DNA of 64,000 bases. Source: Bacilli bacterium (lineage in GTDB: Bacteria; Bacillota_I; Bacilli_A; RFN20; CAG-826). The stretch spans positions 419 through 64,418 of the forward strand of contig JBGUQI010000019.1 in NCBI GenBank assembly GCA_045130875.1, read 5' to 3'. A program made the translations under genes and the position numbers. Position 1 is the stretch's first letter, and every line of letters begins with the position of its first letter. The notes below the pieces were generated by a model, which worked only from the letters and a program-made list of their open reading frames with translations, was not told the origin of the DNA and made no database searches. Of the stretch, positions 37,495 to 47,764 are shown piece by piece.

Positions 37495-38380
37495 TTAAGG
37501 TACCTTTACCTTTAATCTTACATTCCTTACCATAAGGTAAGAAGAACGTATCAAATCTACGGTAATCAATATCTTCAACCAGGCCTTGTCCCTCAATAAA
37601 TGTGAAGGAGATGAAGGTCTCTTTATTTGCTTTTAAGACTAATTCTCCATCAACTTCAACGCGAGAAACTTTGAAATATGGAGTGTCTGCTAATAAGGGG
37701 CCGGCATTCTTTTCTGGTTGATATTTTTTATAGTTAATGACCTTTAAAGCTTTCTCAATATGGAGTTCGCGATAATTGCCATTTTTGTCTTTTCTTAAAT
37801 AGTCATAAAGACGATAAGTTAAATCACTATTTTGTTGAATTTCAATGAGTTGTACACCTTTGCCAATCGCATGGATTGTTCCAGAGTTGATTAAGAAAGT
37901 ATCTCCAGGTTTCACTTTAAAGAAATTAAGGGCATCGAGTATTGTGCTATCTTTGAGTTTTTTCTCAATTTCTTCTCTTGTGTAGTCTTTATTTAAACCA
38001 ACATATAAACCTGCTCCAGGCGCGGCATCGATGATGTGCCACATCTCGGTTTTTCCAAAAGAATTTTCATTTTTTAAAGCATAGTCATCGCTAGGATGAA
38101 CTTGCACTGACAAATCTTCTTTCGCATCAATTAACTTGATGAGTAATGGAAAATAAGGGAATCTCTTACTAACTGGGCCAACATCTTCATCACTGATGAC
38201 TTCCTTTAATGTCTTACCAGCATCTTTTCCAGAAACTACTATACTAGAAAAACCTTCTCTGACGGATAATTCCCAAAGTTCAGAGATGATTTCTTCATTT
38301 CCTTTACCGTATTTTTGGAAATAGTTTCCACCCCAAATAAAGGATTTGACAATTGGTTTTAACTTAACAACTTTTTCCAT
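37478..38380 (-). CDS. manA: Mannose-6-phosphate isomerase, type I
   Basis: IWGG, SELW, PLLIKLIDA, LSVQVHP, KTEMW, GTIHAIG and EIQQNSDLTYRLYDY. Confidence 0.92.
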   Translation of the reverse strand: MEKVVKLKPIVKSFIWGGNYFQKYGKGNEEIISELWELSVREGFSSIVVSGKDAGKTLKEVISDEDVGPVSKRFPYFPLLIKLIDAKEDLSVQVHPSDDYALKNENSFGKTEMWHIIDAAPGAGLYVGLNKDYTREEIEKKLKDSTILDALNFFKVKPGDTFLINSGTIHAIGKGVQLIEIQQNSDLTYRLYDYLRKDKNGNYRELHIEKALKVINYKKYQPEKNAGPLLADTPYFKVSRVEVDGELVLKANKETFISFTFIEGQGLVEDIDYRRFDTFFLPYGKECKIKGKGTLIISTL

Positions 38381-39612
38381 TATCTTTTAGATAAAACTTC
38401 TTTTTCGTATTTTCTAACATCTTCAAACATCTCTTTATCGGAAACCATTCCTTGACGTTTGAGATATTCATCCCACACTTCGCCCCATGGAAGAGTCTTT
38501 AATTCTTCTTGTAAGGCTAACACTTTGGTGTGGTCATATTTATCTTGTGCTTCTTTTAATAAGTTCCATGGAGTTAACAAAGCTTTTAATAAAGCTTTTT
38601 CCATATTACGAGCGCCGATGATTAAAGCGGCCACTCTATTGATGGAAGCATCGAAATAATCTAAGCCAATATAACTTCTTTGTAAGCCATCGCATTTAAC
38701 GAGTTCATCAGCGACATCTTGTAAATCATCGTTGAGTTTTAAGACGTGATCACTATCCCATCTCACTGGTCTAGAAACGTGGAACGCTAACTTATTGAAA
38801 TAGCTATACATAGCACTGATTTTGTCAGCGACAACTTCTGTTGGATGATAATGGCCTGTATCAATGAGGTTCAAAACACCTCTTGTCGCGGCATAGTTAA
38901 GATAGAATTCATTACTGCCAACAGTGTATGATTCAACACCAATACCGAAGACTTTAGATTCCACGGAAACATCCATAACTTTCTTGTCATATTTGTAACC
39001 AGCAAGGATTTTATCTAAAGAATCTTTTAATCTTAATCTTGGACCAATTCTATCGGCTGGAGCATCCTTCAAACCATCAGGAATCCAGATATTCATCAAG
39101 GCTCTTTGACCGAGTTCTTTACCAAACATTTCGGTGATTTTTAAGCCATTTATGCAGTGTTTTATCCAGTAATTGCGGACTTTTTCATCTGGTGAAGATA
39201 AAGATAAGCCATCCACTAACATAGGATGTGAGAAGATTGTGGGATTGTAATCTAAGCCTAATCCTCTCTCTTTTGCGTACTTCACCCATTCTTTAAATTG
39301 TTCAGGTCCGACATCACATCTTTCCACTAATTTTCCAGTTTGATAAATCGCATGGAGATTAATCTTTTTGCTTCCCGGGATATGACTTAAAGCTTTATCT
39401 AAGTCCTTGGTTAATTCAGCGAAGTTTCTCGCTCTTCCAGGATAATTACCTGTGGTTTGAATACCACCGGTTAAAGAACCGCTGCTCTCAAATCCCATAA
39501 CATCATCTAACTGCCAACAATGTAAGGAAATTTTGGTTCTGGCAAGTTCTTTAAGAACTTTGTTTACATCAATTCCATATGATGCATAAATTTGTTTAAC
39601 TTCTTTTCTCAT
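38380..39612 (-). CDS. rhaA: L-rhamnose isomerase
   Basis: SLHCWQxDD, GGIQTTGNYPG, NLHAIY, NIWIPDG, ESKVFGIGVESYTVGS, DTGHYHPTE and HVSRPVRWDSDH. Confidence 0.96.
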   Translation of the reverse strand: MRKEVKQIYASYGIDVNKVLKELARTKISLHCWQLDDVMGFESSGSLTGGIQTTGNYPGRARNFAELTKDLDKALSHIPGSKKINLHAIYQTGKLVERCDVGPEQFKEWVKYAKERGLGLDYNPTIFSHPMLVDGLSLSSPDEKVRNYWIKHCINGLKITEMFGKELGQRALMNIWIPDGLKDAPADRIGPRLRLKDSLDKILAGYKYDKKVMDVSVESKVFGIGVESYTVGSNEFYLNYAATRGVLNLIDTGHYHPTEVVADKISAMYSYFNKLAFHVSRPVRWDSDHVLKLNDDLQDVADELVKCDGLQRSYIGLDYFDASINRVAALIIGARNMEKALLKALLTPWNLLKEAQDKYDHTKVLALQEELKTLPWGEVWDEYLKRQGMVSDKEMFEDVRKYEKEVLSKR

Positions 39613-40910
39613 TATTTCATAACCTCCATCTGGATTTTTATATTACCTAAACTAGTGGCCTCAATAGGTCTAGCGATTATCTCTTTTTTAGTATACTCGC
39701 CCACGAGTTTATTAACATATACATTTCTTGCTCCTCCACCGAGGATTAAAACCTTTTTGAATTTACGACCTGTTATATCCTCTAATTCTTCAATGGCTTT
39801 CTTATAAGTGACCGCCATAGAATGATAAATCGAAGCAAATAAATCTAAATCATGACAAGGTAAATCAGTCTTCAATAAAGCAACAATCGCAGCTTTCATA
39901 CTATGAGGTGCCATTAATGATGAATCATTAACATCAAATGTCTTTTTGTAGTTAGAACGATCAATGTTCGCATCAATCCAAGAAAGAGGAACATTAAGTT
40001 CATCTTTTAGCTTGTTTTGGATCCACATACCCATAATATTCTTTAAGAATCTGATATAGCCCACACCACCTTCATTTGTGTAGTTAGCTTTAAGAGATCT
40101 TTCGTTGCAAATCGGTTCTTTGGATTTAATACCGAGTAGTGACCATGTACCAGAAGAGATAATCACTGTGTCATCATCAATATCTACTGCTTCAAAAGCA
40201 CTTCCAGTATCATGGCTAGCGCATAAGATAACTTTTGTGTTACCTCCTACTTCATTTTGAACTTCCGGGGACAAATCTCCGACTACAAATCCAGGTTGTT
40301 GAATCTCTTTAAAGAGTTTTCTTGGTAGACCCAATTTATCAATGATTTCTAAATCATAATCCTTCTTCGCTGCATTTAATAATCCACTTGTAGATTCTTC
40401 AGTGTATTCATGAGTTTTGACACCAGTTAATTTATAGGTGAAATAACTCGGTAACATTAAATAATCTGTGGCCTTTTCTAAACGGCCTTGTTTTAAATCA
40501 TCAAATAATTGATAGATTGTATTGAATGTCGCAAATTGAAGACCATTATGTCTATATAATTCATTAAAAGGAATAATCTTATGAACTTCCTCAGAAGCTT
40601 TAACATTTCTTTCGTTACGATAAGCATGGAATGGTTTGATTTCTTTATCTCCGTTCATTAAAACGTAGTCAACACCCCATGTATCAATTGATAAAGATTC
40701 AATCTTGTCATATTTAAGAAATGCTAATCTGATGCCTTCTTTAATTTCTCTAAGTAGACGAGGAATGTTCCACACTAAGCCATCTTTAGATTCATCCATC
40801 CCGGTTTTAAAACGATAGACTTCTTCTAAAACTACTTCTTCACCCTTTTTATGGGCAACGACATGACGGCCACTCGTAGCGCCTAAGTCAATAGCGAGAT
40901 AATATTTCAT
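39612..40910 (-). CDS. rhaB: Rhamnulokinase (FGGY)
   Basis: AIDLGATSGR, IDTWGVDY, ASHDTGSA, ISSGTWSLLG, NYTNEGG and FLKNIMGMW. Confidence 0.9.
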   Translation of the reverse strand: MKYYLAIDLGATSGRHVVAHKKGEEVVLEEVYRFKTGMDESKDGLVWNIPRLLREIKEGIRLAFLKYDKIESLSIDTWGVDYVLMNGDKEIKPFHAYRNERNVKASEEVHKIIPFNELYRHNGLQFATFNTIYQLFDDLKQGRLEKATDYLMLPSYFTYKLTGVKTHEYTEESTSGLLNAAKKDYDLEIIDKLGLPRKLFKEIQQPGFVVGDLSPEVQNEVGGNTKVILCASHDTGSAFEAVDIDDDTVIISSGTWSLLGIKSKEPICNERSLKANYTNEGGVGYIRFLKNIMGMWIQNKLKDELNVPLSWIDANIDRSNYKKTFDVNDSSLMAPHSMKAAIVALLKTDLPCHDLDLFASIYHSMAVTYKKAIEELEDITGRKFKKVLILGGGARNVYVNKLVGEYTKKEIIARPIEATSLGNIKIQMEVMK

Positions 40911-40924
40911 AAAGTTCTCCTTTA

Positions 40925-43729
40925 TTAAATAATAGTTTTGACAAATGTATACCTTGGTAAGCAGAAATCACTTGTATCATCATCTTTCCAAGTACCAATT
41001 CTTTCAAAGGAATGAGGACCACAATAGAAATCTTCTTCTGCGATTGTATGGAAAGGTCCTAATAAGTTTCTATTAGAAACTGTTAAGACAAGTTCAATTT
41101 CATTCTCGCCTTTTTTGAGGTAGTCACTGAGATCAACTTTATAGTCAAACATCATTCTCTTTACAAACTTCTGGTTCACATATAAGTCAATCATCTGGAA
41201 TCTCTCATTGATAACTAACATCTGATTAGTGTCATCGACATTGATCTTTTGTCTTAATTTAATGTCTCCTCTAAAGAATGGATAACCATCTTTAATTAAG
41301 GAGGTAATATTTCTCTTGGGCTTATCCATATAGAATTTATTGGCAATCATTATGTCTTTAGCCTGACCATTAACAAAGTCACCATAAATGCCAAAATTGC
41401 CTTGGAGATATATCGCTTCAATTGTGGTGTCATACACTAAACAGTTACGTAAAGATTCCTGCACATTTTCGCCAAATAACGCGTAAAACACGATTTCTTT
41501 TTCGAAAAAGTCAATTTTTACAACGATTTCATTATGTCCCTTCAAAAGATATGGAGCGACATTGAATGACCACAAATCTTTTTCTAGAACAGTACCTTGC
41601 TTCTTTACAACATGACCATTGACAGATACTTCTCTAGTTCTAGTATCTTCAATCAAAGCATTACAAATGGAAGGGACTTCTTTAGCTTCAAAATGATATT
41701 TGAGATATAAGTCACCTTGGTAATGATTCTTTAAAAGTTTATATTGAAGCGCCATATTGTGGATGTCTTTAAAATAGTTCTTTCCATCATATGAATACTG
41801 GAGATAATCCAGTGTCATATAATTCATCGGTTCACCGACAACTTCAAATTCTTTATCTAAAGATAAAATCTTTTGTTTCTTTTCTTCTATTGGTTTTTCA
41901 TTACTGAAATAAAGGATTCGAGATTGTCCTTTGTTAAAGTGCATCTTTTGCGGTATGACTTTTCCTTCACACACAAAGGAAGAATAACCCTTAACTTTTA
42001 TTTCAATATCTTCCTCTAAAGAGAAATCAGTACCTTTACCAACACTGGCGGCATAGATAAATGGCACCCCATCATCACCGATACGATAAGCGATACGCAC
42101 ATTCTCTGTATGTGTGGCCACGAATGGTTGATTATTTCTAATTTCTTCGTATGTCACATTATTCTTCATATAATCATGGACATATTCATGACCTTCTAAG
42201 TATGTGGGAACTTCTCCCACCACTAAGAACTTACCACCATTATTCGCATATTCTCTAAAGAGAGCTTCAGTGGTTTTATCCATCGTCATTGTTCCATCAG
42301 GAATGATGATATATTTATAACGACAGTTACCCACGACTAAAGTGTCACCCTCAACATGAGCGTGTTTGGCCATAATAACCTCATCCAATATATGGAATGG
42401 AACACCATCTCTAATAAACTTGTGCGTTATATTAATAAACTTAGTATCTAAATCCCAAAGATTAAATCTCTCACCAAATCTTTGATATTTGAAATAAGCA
42501 GTTCTAATCGGTTCAAAGATGCCGACATTCGCATAATCAGTGGATTTAGTTAATAATTCACCAATCTTAGAGAAAGTATCGTTAAACATCTTAAAGTCTT
42601 TTTCAACCCATGGATTGATTTCGGAATAATGCGCAGGATAATCTCTCTTTCTTTGACCATGTTCCTTGTAAGGAAGTAAGTGCTGACACATAATAGTCAC
42701 ACCAGAGGACATATAATATTCCGCCATCTGTTTAAGCTCGATTGGAGTGACATCCCAACCCGCTAAAGCATACATCTCACAGATGCCTTGCCTCTTACCT
42801 AATTGAGCCATCACACTACCGAGTTGCTTATTCGCGGTAACATCATCGATATAACGACAAAGATGATCAACTCCAGGAATATGTTCATATTCATAGAATG
42901 GCATCACTCCACCACAACACATAATTTGATAACCCATCGTCACTTCCTCGACATAGTGACCGGTTAATTTATAATTATTCTCTTCACACCAATCGTAGAT
43001 TTGTTTGGAGAAGTTATTGAGCATTAAATCTTGCATTGCTTTCCAGTATTTATAGCGGTAATCTCTATATCCTTCTTTCTCCACAAAAAGCAAAGCAATT
43101 CGGTCTAAAACATCTTCACCATAATGCTCCGGGAAGTATTTATGAAGCATTCTAGTAAAGGATACGCCCCATCTGTAATATTGAGGTTCATCAGTGAAAA
43201 ATCCCCGCAAATTGCCATAAATATCATGTTTTTTATATTGTTCGTGAGTTAAATTAATGAATTTTCTAACTACTGTTGGATCACAAATATCCGCTGTGGA
43301 ATTAGAAGTTCTAATGTAGATATTTAAAACATCTTCACCAGAAGTAACTCTAATAGCTTTATCACCACTAATATCAAAAGCCACGTTTGCCTCAGGATCA
43401 TACGGTCCTTGTTTAGTGACTAAATATTGGTCGCAGTTGTTGCTATCTTCAAGAAGTTTGCCACCCGCAAAACCACTTGGCCAGCCATTTTCATCATAAG
43501 CATAAGCTTCCATACCTAGTTCTTGGGCTTTCTTTAAACAAGCCTCAATACATGAGAACCATTTTTCACCTAAATATTCAGTGGTTAATCCTCCTCTAGC
43601 GTGCATGAAAAATCCGCCCACGCCATTGTTATTCATCCAATCTATTTGTTTGAGTAATTCTTTTTCATCTAATTCGTCATTCCAACTCCAAAATGGAATG
43701 CATTTGTATTTGTTTTCAATGTCAGCCAT
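40925..43729 (-). CDS. GH106-like glycoside hydrolase (putative alpha-L-rhamnosidase)
   Basis: PFWSWN, GGFFMHARGGL, YDENGWPSG, FFTDEP, TGH and PGVDHL. Adjacent to rhaB-rhaA. Confidence 0.7.
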   Translation of the reverse strand: MADIENKYKCIPFWSWNDELDEKELLKQIDWMNNNGVGGFFMHARGGLTTEYLGEKWFSCIEACLKKAQELGMEAYAYDENGWPSGFAGGKLLEDSNNCDQYLVTKQGPYDPEANVAFDISGDKAIRVTSGEDVLNIYIRTSNSTADICDPTVVRKFINLTHEQYKKHDIYGNLRGFFTDEPQYYRWGVSFTRMLHKYFPEHYGEDVLDRIALLFVEKEGYRDYRYKYWKAMQDLMLNNFSKQIYDWCEENNYKLTGHYVEEVTMGYQIMCCGGVMPFYEYEHIPGVDHLCRYIDDVTANKQLGSVMAQLGKRQGICEMYALAGWDVTPIELKQMAEYYMSSGVTIMCQHLLPYKEHGQRKRDYPAHYSEINPWVEKDFKMFNDTFSKIGELLTKSTDYANVGIFEPIRTAYFKYQRFGERFNLWDLDTKFINITHKFIRDGVPFHILDEVIMAKHAHVEGDTLVVGNCRYKYIIIPDGTMTMDKTTEALFREYANNGGKFLVVGEVPTYLEGHEYVHDYMKNNVTYEEIRNNQPFVATHTENVRIAYRIGDDGVPFIYAASVGKGTDFSLEEDIEIKVKGYSSFVCEGKVIPQKMHFNKGQSRILYFSNEKPIEEKKQKILSLDKEFEVVGEPMNYMTLDYLQYSYDGKNYFKDIHNMALQYKLLKNHYQGDLYLKYHFEAKEVPSICNALIEDTRTREVSVNGHVVKKQGTVLEKDLWSFNVAPYLLKGHNEIVVKIDFFEKEIVFYALFGENVQESLRNCLVYDTTIEAIYLQGNFGIYGDFVNGQAKDIMIANKFYMDKPKRNITSLIKDGYPFFRGDIKLRQKINVDDTNQMLVINERFQMIDLYVNQKFVKRMMFDYKVDLSDYLKKGENEIELVLTVSNRNLLGPFHTIAEEDFYCGPHSFERIGTWKDDDTSDFCLPRYTFVKTII

Positions 43730-43745
43730 AACTACCTCGCATTAA

Positions 43746-44690
43746 TTAAAAGAATAAAGATGCCGCGCCAATCTTTTGAGCGTCATATCCTAATTCAGAT
43801 GGAAGGATTAAAACTTCCGGTGTACCTCTAAATCCGTGGTATCTAGCGCGAGAATATTCTCTCAATCTCTTAAAGAGATATTCACCTTCATTAGCCACAC
43901 CACCTGCCATAATAACGGCTTCAGGTCTAAAGATGTTGAAATAGTTTAATAAACCTTCACCTAGATAGTGAATATATGTTTCCACTACTTCATGAGCATA
44001 GGGATCGCCGCGTCTTTCGGCTTCAAAAGGAACTTTGGCGTTGACTTTGCCCAATTCCTTGGCGACTTCCCACATTTTGCTATCTGGATGTTTATCCATC
44101 ATTTCTTTAGTGTCTCTTATAATCGCAGTGGCGGATGCATAGGATTCTAAACAACCTCTGCGGGTACAAGTACAAAGCTTGCCATCGACCTCCACGACCA
44201 TATGACCAATCTCTGCAGCTTTACCAAGATTACCTTCATATAGTTCACCGTTGATGATGATTCCGCCGCCGACTCCTGTGCCGATAGCGACGGTTAACAT
44301 ATTTTTAAACTTCTTTCCGGCACCGAACTTAGCTTCACCTAGTGCCGCAGCGTTTGCGTCGTTAGTGATTCTTACTGGTAGTCCAGTTCCTTCTTCGATC
44401 ATTTTTACGATAGGAAGTTCATACCATTGGAGATTATTGGAATAGGTAACAACGCCCGCTTTAGTGTCGCTTACGCCAGGAACACCACAGCCAATACCGA
44501 GCAATTCCTCTTTCTTAAAACCTTGTTCCTTAATATATTTATTAATTTGAAAAATGAGTTTGTTGATTACTTCTTCTTGGCTATCGCCTTTTTCAACAGG
44601 CATAGAAAATACATCTAAAACCTTGCCTTCTTTAGTAACCGCTGCACCTTTTATGGATGTGCCACCAATATCAACGCCGATTGCTAACAT
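43746..44690 (-). CDS. ROK family sugar kinase (glucokinase-like, no HTH)
   Basis: GVDIGGT, GVPG, NDANAAALGE, GTGVGGG and EIGH...CTCTRRGCLE. SD gagg before ATG 44690. Confidence 0.92.
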   Translation of the reverse strand: MLAIGVDIGGTSIKGAAVTKEGKVLDVFSMPVEKGDSQEEVINKLIFQINKYIKEQGFKKEELLGIGCGVPGVSDTKAGVVTYSNNLQWYELPIVKMIEEGTGLPVRITNDANAAALGEAKFGAGKKFKNMLTVAIGTGVGGGIIINGELYEGNLGKAAEIGHMVVEVDGKLCTCTRRGCLESYASATAIIRDTKEMMDKHPDSKMWEVAKELGKVNAKVPFEAERRGDPYAHEVVETYIHYLGEGLLNYFNIFRPEAVIMAGGVANEGEYLFKRLREYSRARYHGFRGTPEVLILPSELGYDAQKIGAASLFF

Positions 44691-44693
44691 ATC

Positions 44694-44729
44694 ATTGTCC
44701 TCATATGTAATTAGTCTTTTATTATTATA
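44694..44729 (-). promoter_or_regulatory. Promoter -10 and conserved leader motif shared with fucI
   Basis: TATAAT-aataaaag-actaattacata-tgagg-acaat. A near-identical block lies upstream of fucI (63484-63518). Confidence 0.6.
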
Positions 44730-44941
44730 CAACAACTTTTTATAGTTGTTAGCATATAAGTATTGGAAATAAAATAAACCATTGTTTTTGTGCAAAAAAT
44801 AGATAAAAATTGATGTGATATTTTTAAACTACATATAGATATTTTGTGTTTGTTAAACTGACCAGTTTTTAAATTAAGCAAATGATATATTGATAAGGAA
44901 ATAATTTAATACCAAATAAGAAAAGCAAAATAATTATATTA

Positions 44942-44970
44942 TTGAAAGCGCGTTAATATGCGTGTATATT
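44942..44970 (+). promoter_or_regulatory. Sigma-A promoter of opp operon
   Basis: TTGAAA-N17-TATATT, followed by a strong SD aaaggaggt before oppA. Confidence 0.65.
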
Positions 44971-45008
44971 AGTAGATAATTTACTTTAGAAAAAGGAGGT
45001 AAATTTAT

Positions 45009-47741
45009 ATGAAAGTCAGAAACAGAGCGTTGTTACTAGCTGTGGTTCTAGCTACCATTTCCCTCTCTGGTTGTAAACAAAAAGAAAAGGGTCATGGTTC
45101 CTACACCTATAACACTTATCTAGAAACAAAGCCAAAAACATGGAACGTTCATACATGGGAAACCAGCGATGAATCTTATGTTCCAGCGTTTACTGAAATG
45201 GGTTTTTATGATTTAAAACTCAATGACACAAAAGATGGTTATGAAATCATCCATGAAATGGCTGCTGAAATGCCTATCGATGTCACTGCTGAAGCCTTCA
45301 ATGAAGAAATCGCAGAACAATACGGCTACTTAGGTATTCCAGATGATGGTTCTATTTGGGACATTAAATTGAATCAAAACGCTGTTTGGGAAGATGGACA
45401 ACCAATTAAAGCGGATGACTACATCCAATCCATGGAGAGACAACTCAATCCTAAGATGGTCAACTTCCGTGCTGATAGTTACTATTCTTCTAGCTTAGTC
45501 TTAGCTAATGCTGAAAGATACTTCAAACAACACCGTTCAACACTCGAACCACTTTATGATTACATCGACGATTCCGGCAGATACACATCCAGTGATGTTG
45601 CCAACGATGGTTATCTCTACTTCAACATTCATGCTCCATCTCCATATCCAGGATCCGTTTTCTCTGGTACAGATGGTTCTGAAGGCCTCTACATTGTTCT
45701 TAACAATAGAAGCCAAGCTGGTTCAGATGCCCTTGAATTAGCTGCACAACGTATTACCGACGCTGCTCAATATTATTGTTGGAAATACGAAGATCACGAA
45801 GGTGATTACAAATCTGACTGGGATGAAATTACCAGTTATTCCAAATTATCAAGCATCAAATCAGAAATGATGAACTTCTACATCAGCCTTGATGATTTCG
45901 ATGACAACCAAGTTTTGGTTAGAACTACTAAAGACGATAGTAGCGAAGAACATACCGAAGTTTATTCACAAGCTAAATTAAAAGCTGACTTAAAAACAGT
46001 GGTTAACGGTTTAGCTCGTGGTGGCAAAGGTGCGAAAGAATTCGCTTGGAAATTACCTTTATTCGGTAACGTCTACAACAACTACGATCAATCATTCGAT
46101 GGCGTGGGTATTGCTAAAGTTGATGATTACACCATCAGATTATATCTCGCTAGAGCAATGACAGAATTAGACCTTAAGTTCTCCTTAACCGGAAACTGGT
46201 TAGTCAGACTCGACCTCTATGATAGCCTCATCGTTACCACAGGTACCGGCTTACGTACCACTGGTTACGCCACACCTGATAAAGGTGTTAAAGGCTATAT
46301 GTCCTATGGTCCATACAAACTCACTCAATTCGAAGCTGGCAAAGCTTTCAAAATCGAAAAGAATGATAAATGGTATGGTTACACCGATGGCGAACACGAA
46401 GGTCAATATCAAATGACCGGTGTTTACACCAGAATCATTACTGATCACAACACCGCTTTACAAGAATTCGAACGTGGTAACTTAGATGACTTTGGTCTTA
46501 ATAGAAATGATATGAAGACCTATGGTAACTCTTCAAGATTAACTTCCACATACGAATCCTACACACAAAAGATTTCTATCAACTCCAATAGAGCTAAATT
46601 ATTAAGCCATCAAACTGAAGCTGGTATCAACAAGACCATTCTTGCTAACTACTACTTCCGTAAAGGCTTATCCTTAGCGATGGATAGAAATAACTTCGCA
46701 AGCCAAGCTACCGCAGGTAGTAAAGGCTTCACAGGTTTATTAAACGACTTATACTTAACCGATGTTGAATCTGGCGAAATGTACAGAAACACCGCTCAAG
46801 GTAAAAACGTTTATAACATGGTTTATGGCGAATTAGGTGGCACAGATCCAACCGACGTCAAAGCCCTTGAACTCAAATCCTGTGGTTTCAACTTATCAAT
46901 GGCCTCTTGGTATGTTGCTGAAGGTATCAAACAAGAATTAGCGTCTGAAGCTGAAGGTCACCTCGTTAAAGGCGACAACATCAAACTCGAATTCCGTGTT
47001 TACGATAACGAAAGCGAAGCCACCATTGAAATGTTGAACTTCATCAGAAATTCCTTCTCCACAGTCTTAGCAGAAGCTGTTAAGAGATTGAAAAATGACC
47101 ACACCCTTGCTGATAGTGATAACTTCACCATCACCATTGATGCTGTCAAAGACGAAGACTATTACAACACTGCTCATAATGGCAATTATGAATTAATCTT
47201 CTCCACATGGGGCGGTGCCGCTATCAACCCAATCGGTTTAATGCAAGTTTATTGCGATAGCACATTCACTTCCAACTGTGAATATGGTTTCAAAGGTCAC
47301 CAAAACGATGAAAACTGGAACGGCGACTATATTGACCAAGACAATCCATATATGGATTCCTGGGTTGAAATCGACTTAGACGAAGACGGCGAAATCGGTT
47401 CCGGTGAAAAGAAAACCTACCACAACTGGTGGAGTGAAATTAATGAAATCGTTGAAAACGATCCAAAAGATAGCCCAGAATATGCTGCTAAACACAAAAA
47501 GATTTTAACAGTCTTATCCGCATTAGAAGCTGCTATCTTAACAAGATTTGAAGCTATCCCATTAGTCGCTAGAGCGTCTGCTTCACTCAACTCTTTCAAG
47601 ATTGAAAATGGTAGCCCATCTTACATCAACTTAATCGGTTACGGCGGAATCCGTCACTTAACATTCAATTACGATGATGCTGGTTGGACCCAATTCGTGA
47701 AAGAACACAATGGCAACCTTTCCGACTTATATAAGGGTTAA
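45009..47741 (+). CDS. oppA: Oligopeptide ABC substrate-binding lipoprotein (unusually long, 910 aa)
   Basis: Lipobox LSG-C, WEDGQPIKADDY, VGIAKVDDYT, SYGPYKL, FRKGLSLAMDR and IPL. First gene of oppBCDF. Confidence 0.88.
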   Translation: MKVRNRALLLAVVLATISLSGCKQKEKGHGSYTYNTYLETKPKTWNVHTWETSDESYVPAFTEMGFYDLKLNDTKDGYEIIHEMAAEMPIDVTAEAFNEEIAEQYGYLGIPDDGSIWDIKLNQNAVWEDGQPIKADDYIQSMERQLNPKMVNFRADSYYSSSLVLANAERYFKQHRSTLEPLYDYIDDSGRYTSSDVANDGYLYFNIHAPSPYPGSVFSGTDGSEGLYIVLNNRSQAGSDALELAAQRITDAAQYYCWKYEDHEGDYKSDWDEITSYSKLSSIKSEMMNFYISLDDFDDNQVLVRTTKDDSSEEHTEVYSQAKLKADLKTVVNGLARGGKGAKEFAWKLPLFGNVYNNYDQSFDGVGIAKVDDYTIRLYLARAMTELDLKFSLTGNWLVRLDLYDSLIVTTGTGLRTTGYATPDKGVKGYMSYGPYKLTQFEAGKAFKIEKNDKWYGYTDGEHEGQYQMTGVYTRIITDHNTALQEFERGNLDDFGLNRNDMKTYGNSSRLTSTYESYTQKISINSNRAKLLSHQTEAGINKTILANYYFRKGLSLAMDRNNFASQATAGSKGFTGLLNDLYLTDVESGEMYRNTAQGKNVYNMVYGELGGTDPTDVKALELKSCGFNLSMASWYVAEGIKQELASEAEGHLVKGDNIKLEFRVYDNESEATIEMLNFIRNSFSTVLAEAVKRLKNDHTLADSDNFTITIDAVKDEDYYNTAHNGNYELIFSTWGGAAINPIGLMQVYCDSTFTSNCEYGFKGHQNDENWNGDYIDQDNPYMDSWVEIDLDEDGEIGSGEKKTYHNWWSEINEIVENDPKDSPEYAAKHKKILTVLSALEAAILTRFEAIPLVARASASLNSFKIENGSPSYINLIGYGGIRHLTFNYDDAGWTQFVKEHNGNLSDLYKG

Positions 47742-47764
47742 TTACTTCTTATAAAAACTAAATT

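Noticed and set aside
44691-44795. N-terminal extension of the ROK ORF that could be a repressor HTH
   Set aside because: Only 35 AT-rich codons with no HTH pattern. The SD and -10 box point to ATG 44690.
44943-44956. cre-like sequence TGAAAGCGCGTTAA upstream of oppA
   Set aside because: The right half deviates from TGWNANCGNTNWCA. It is better explained as the -35 box and spacer.
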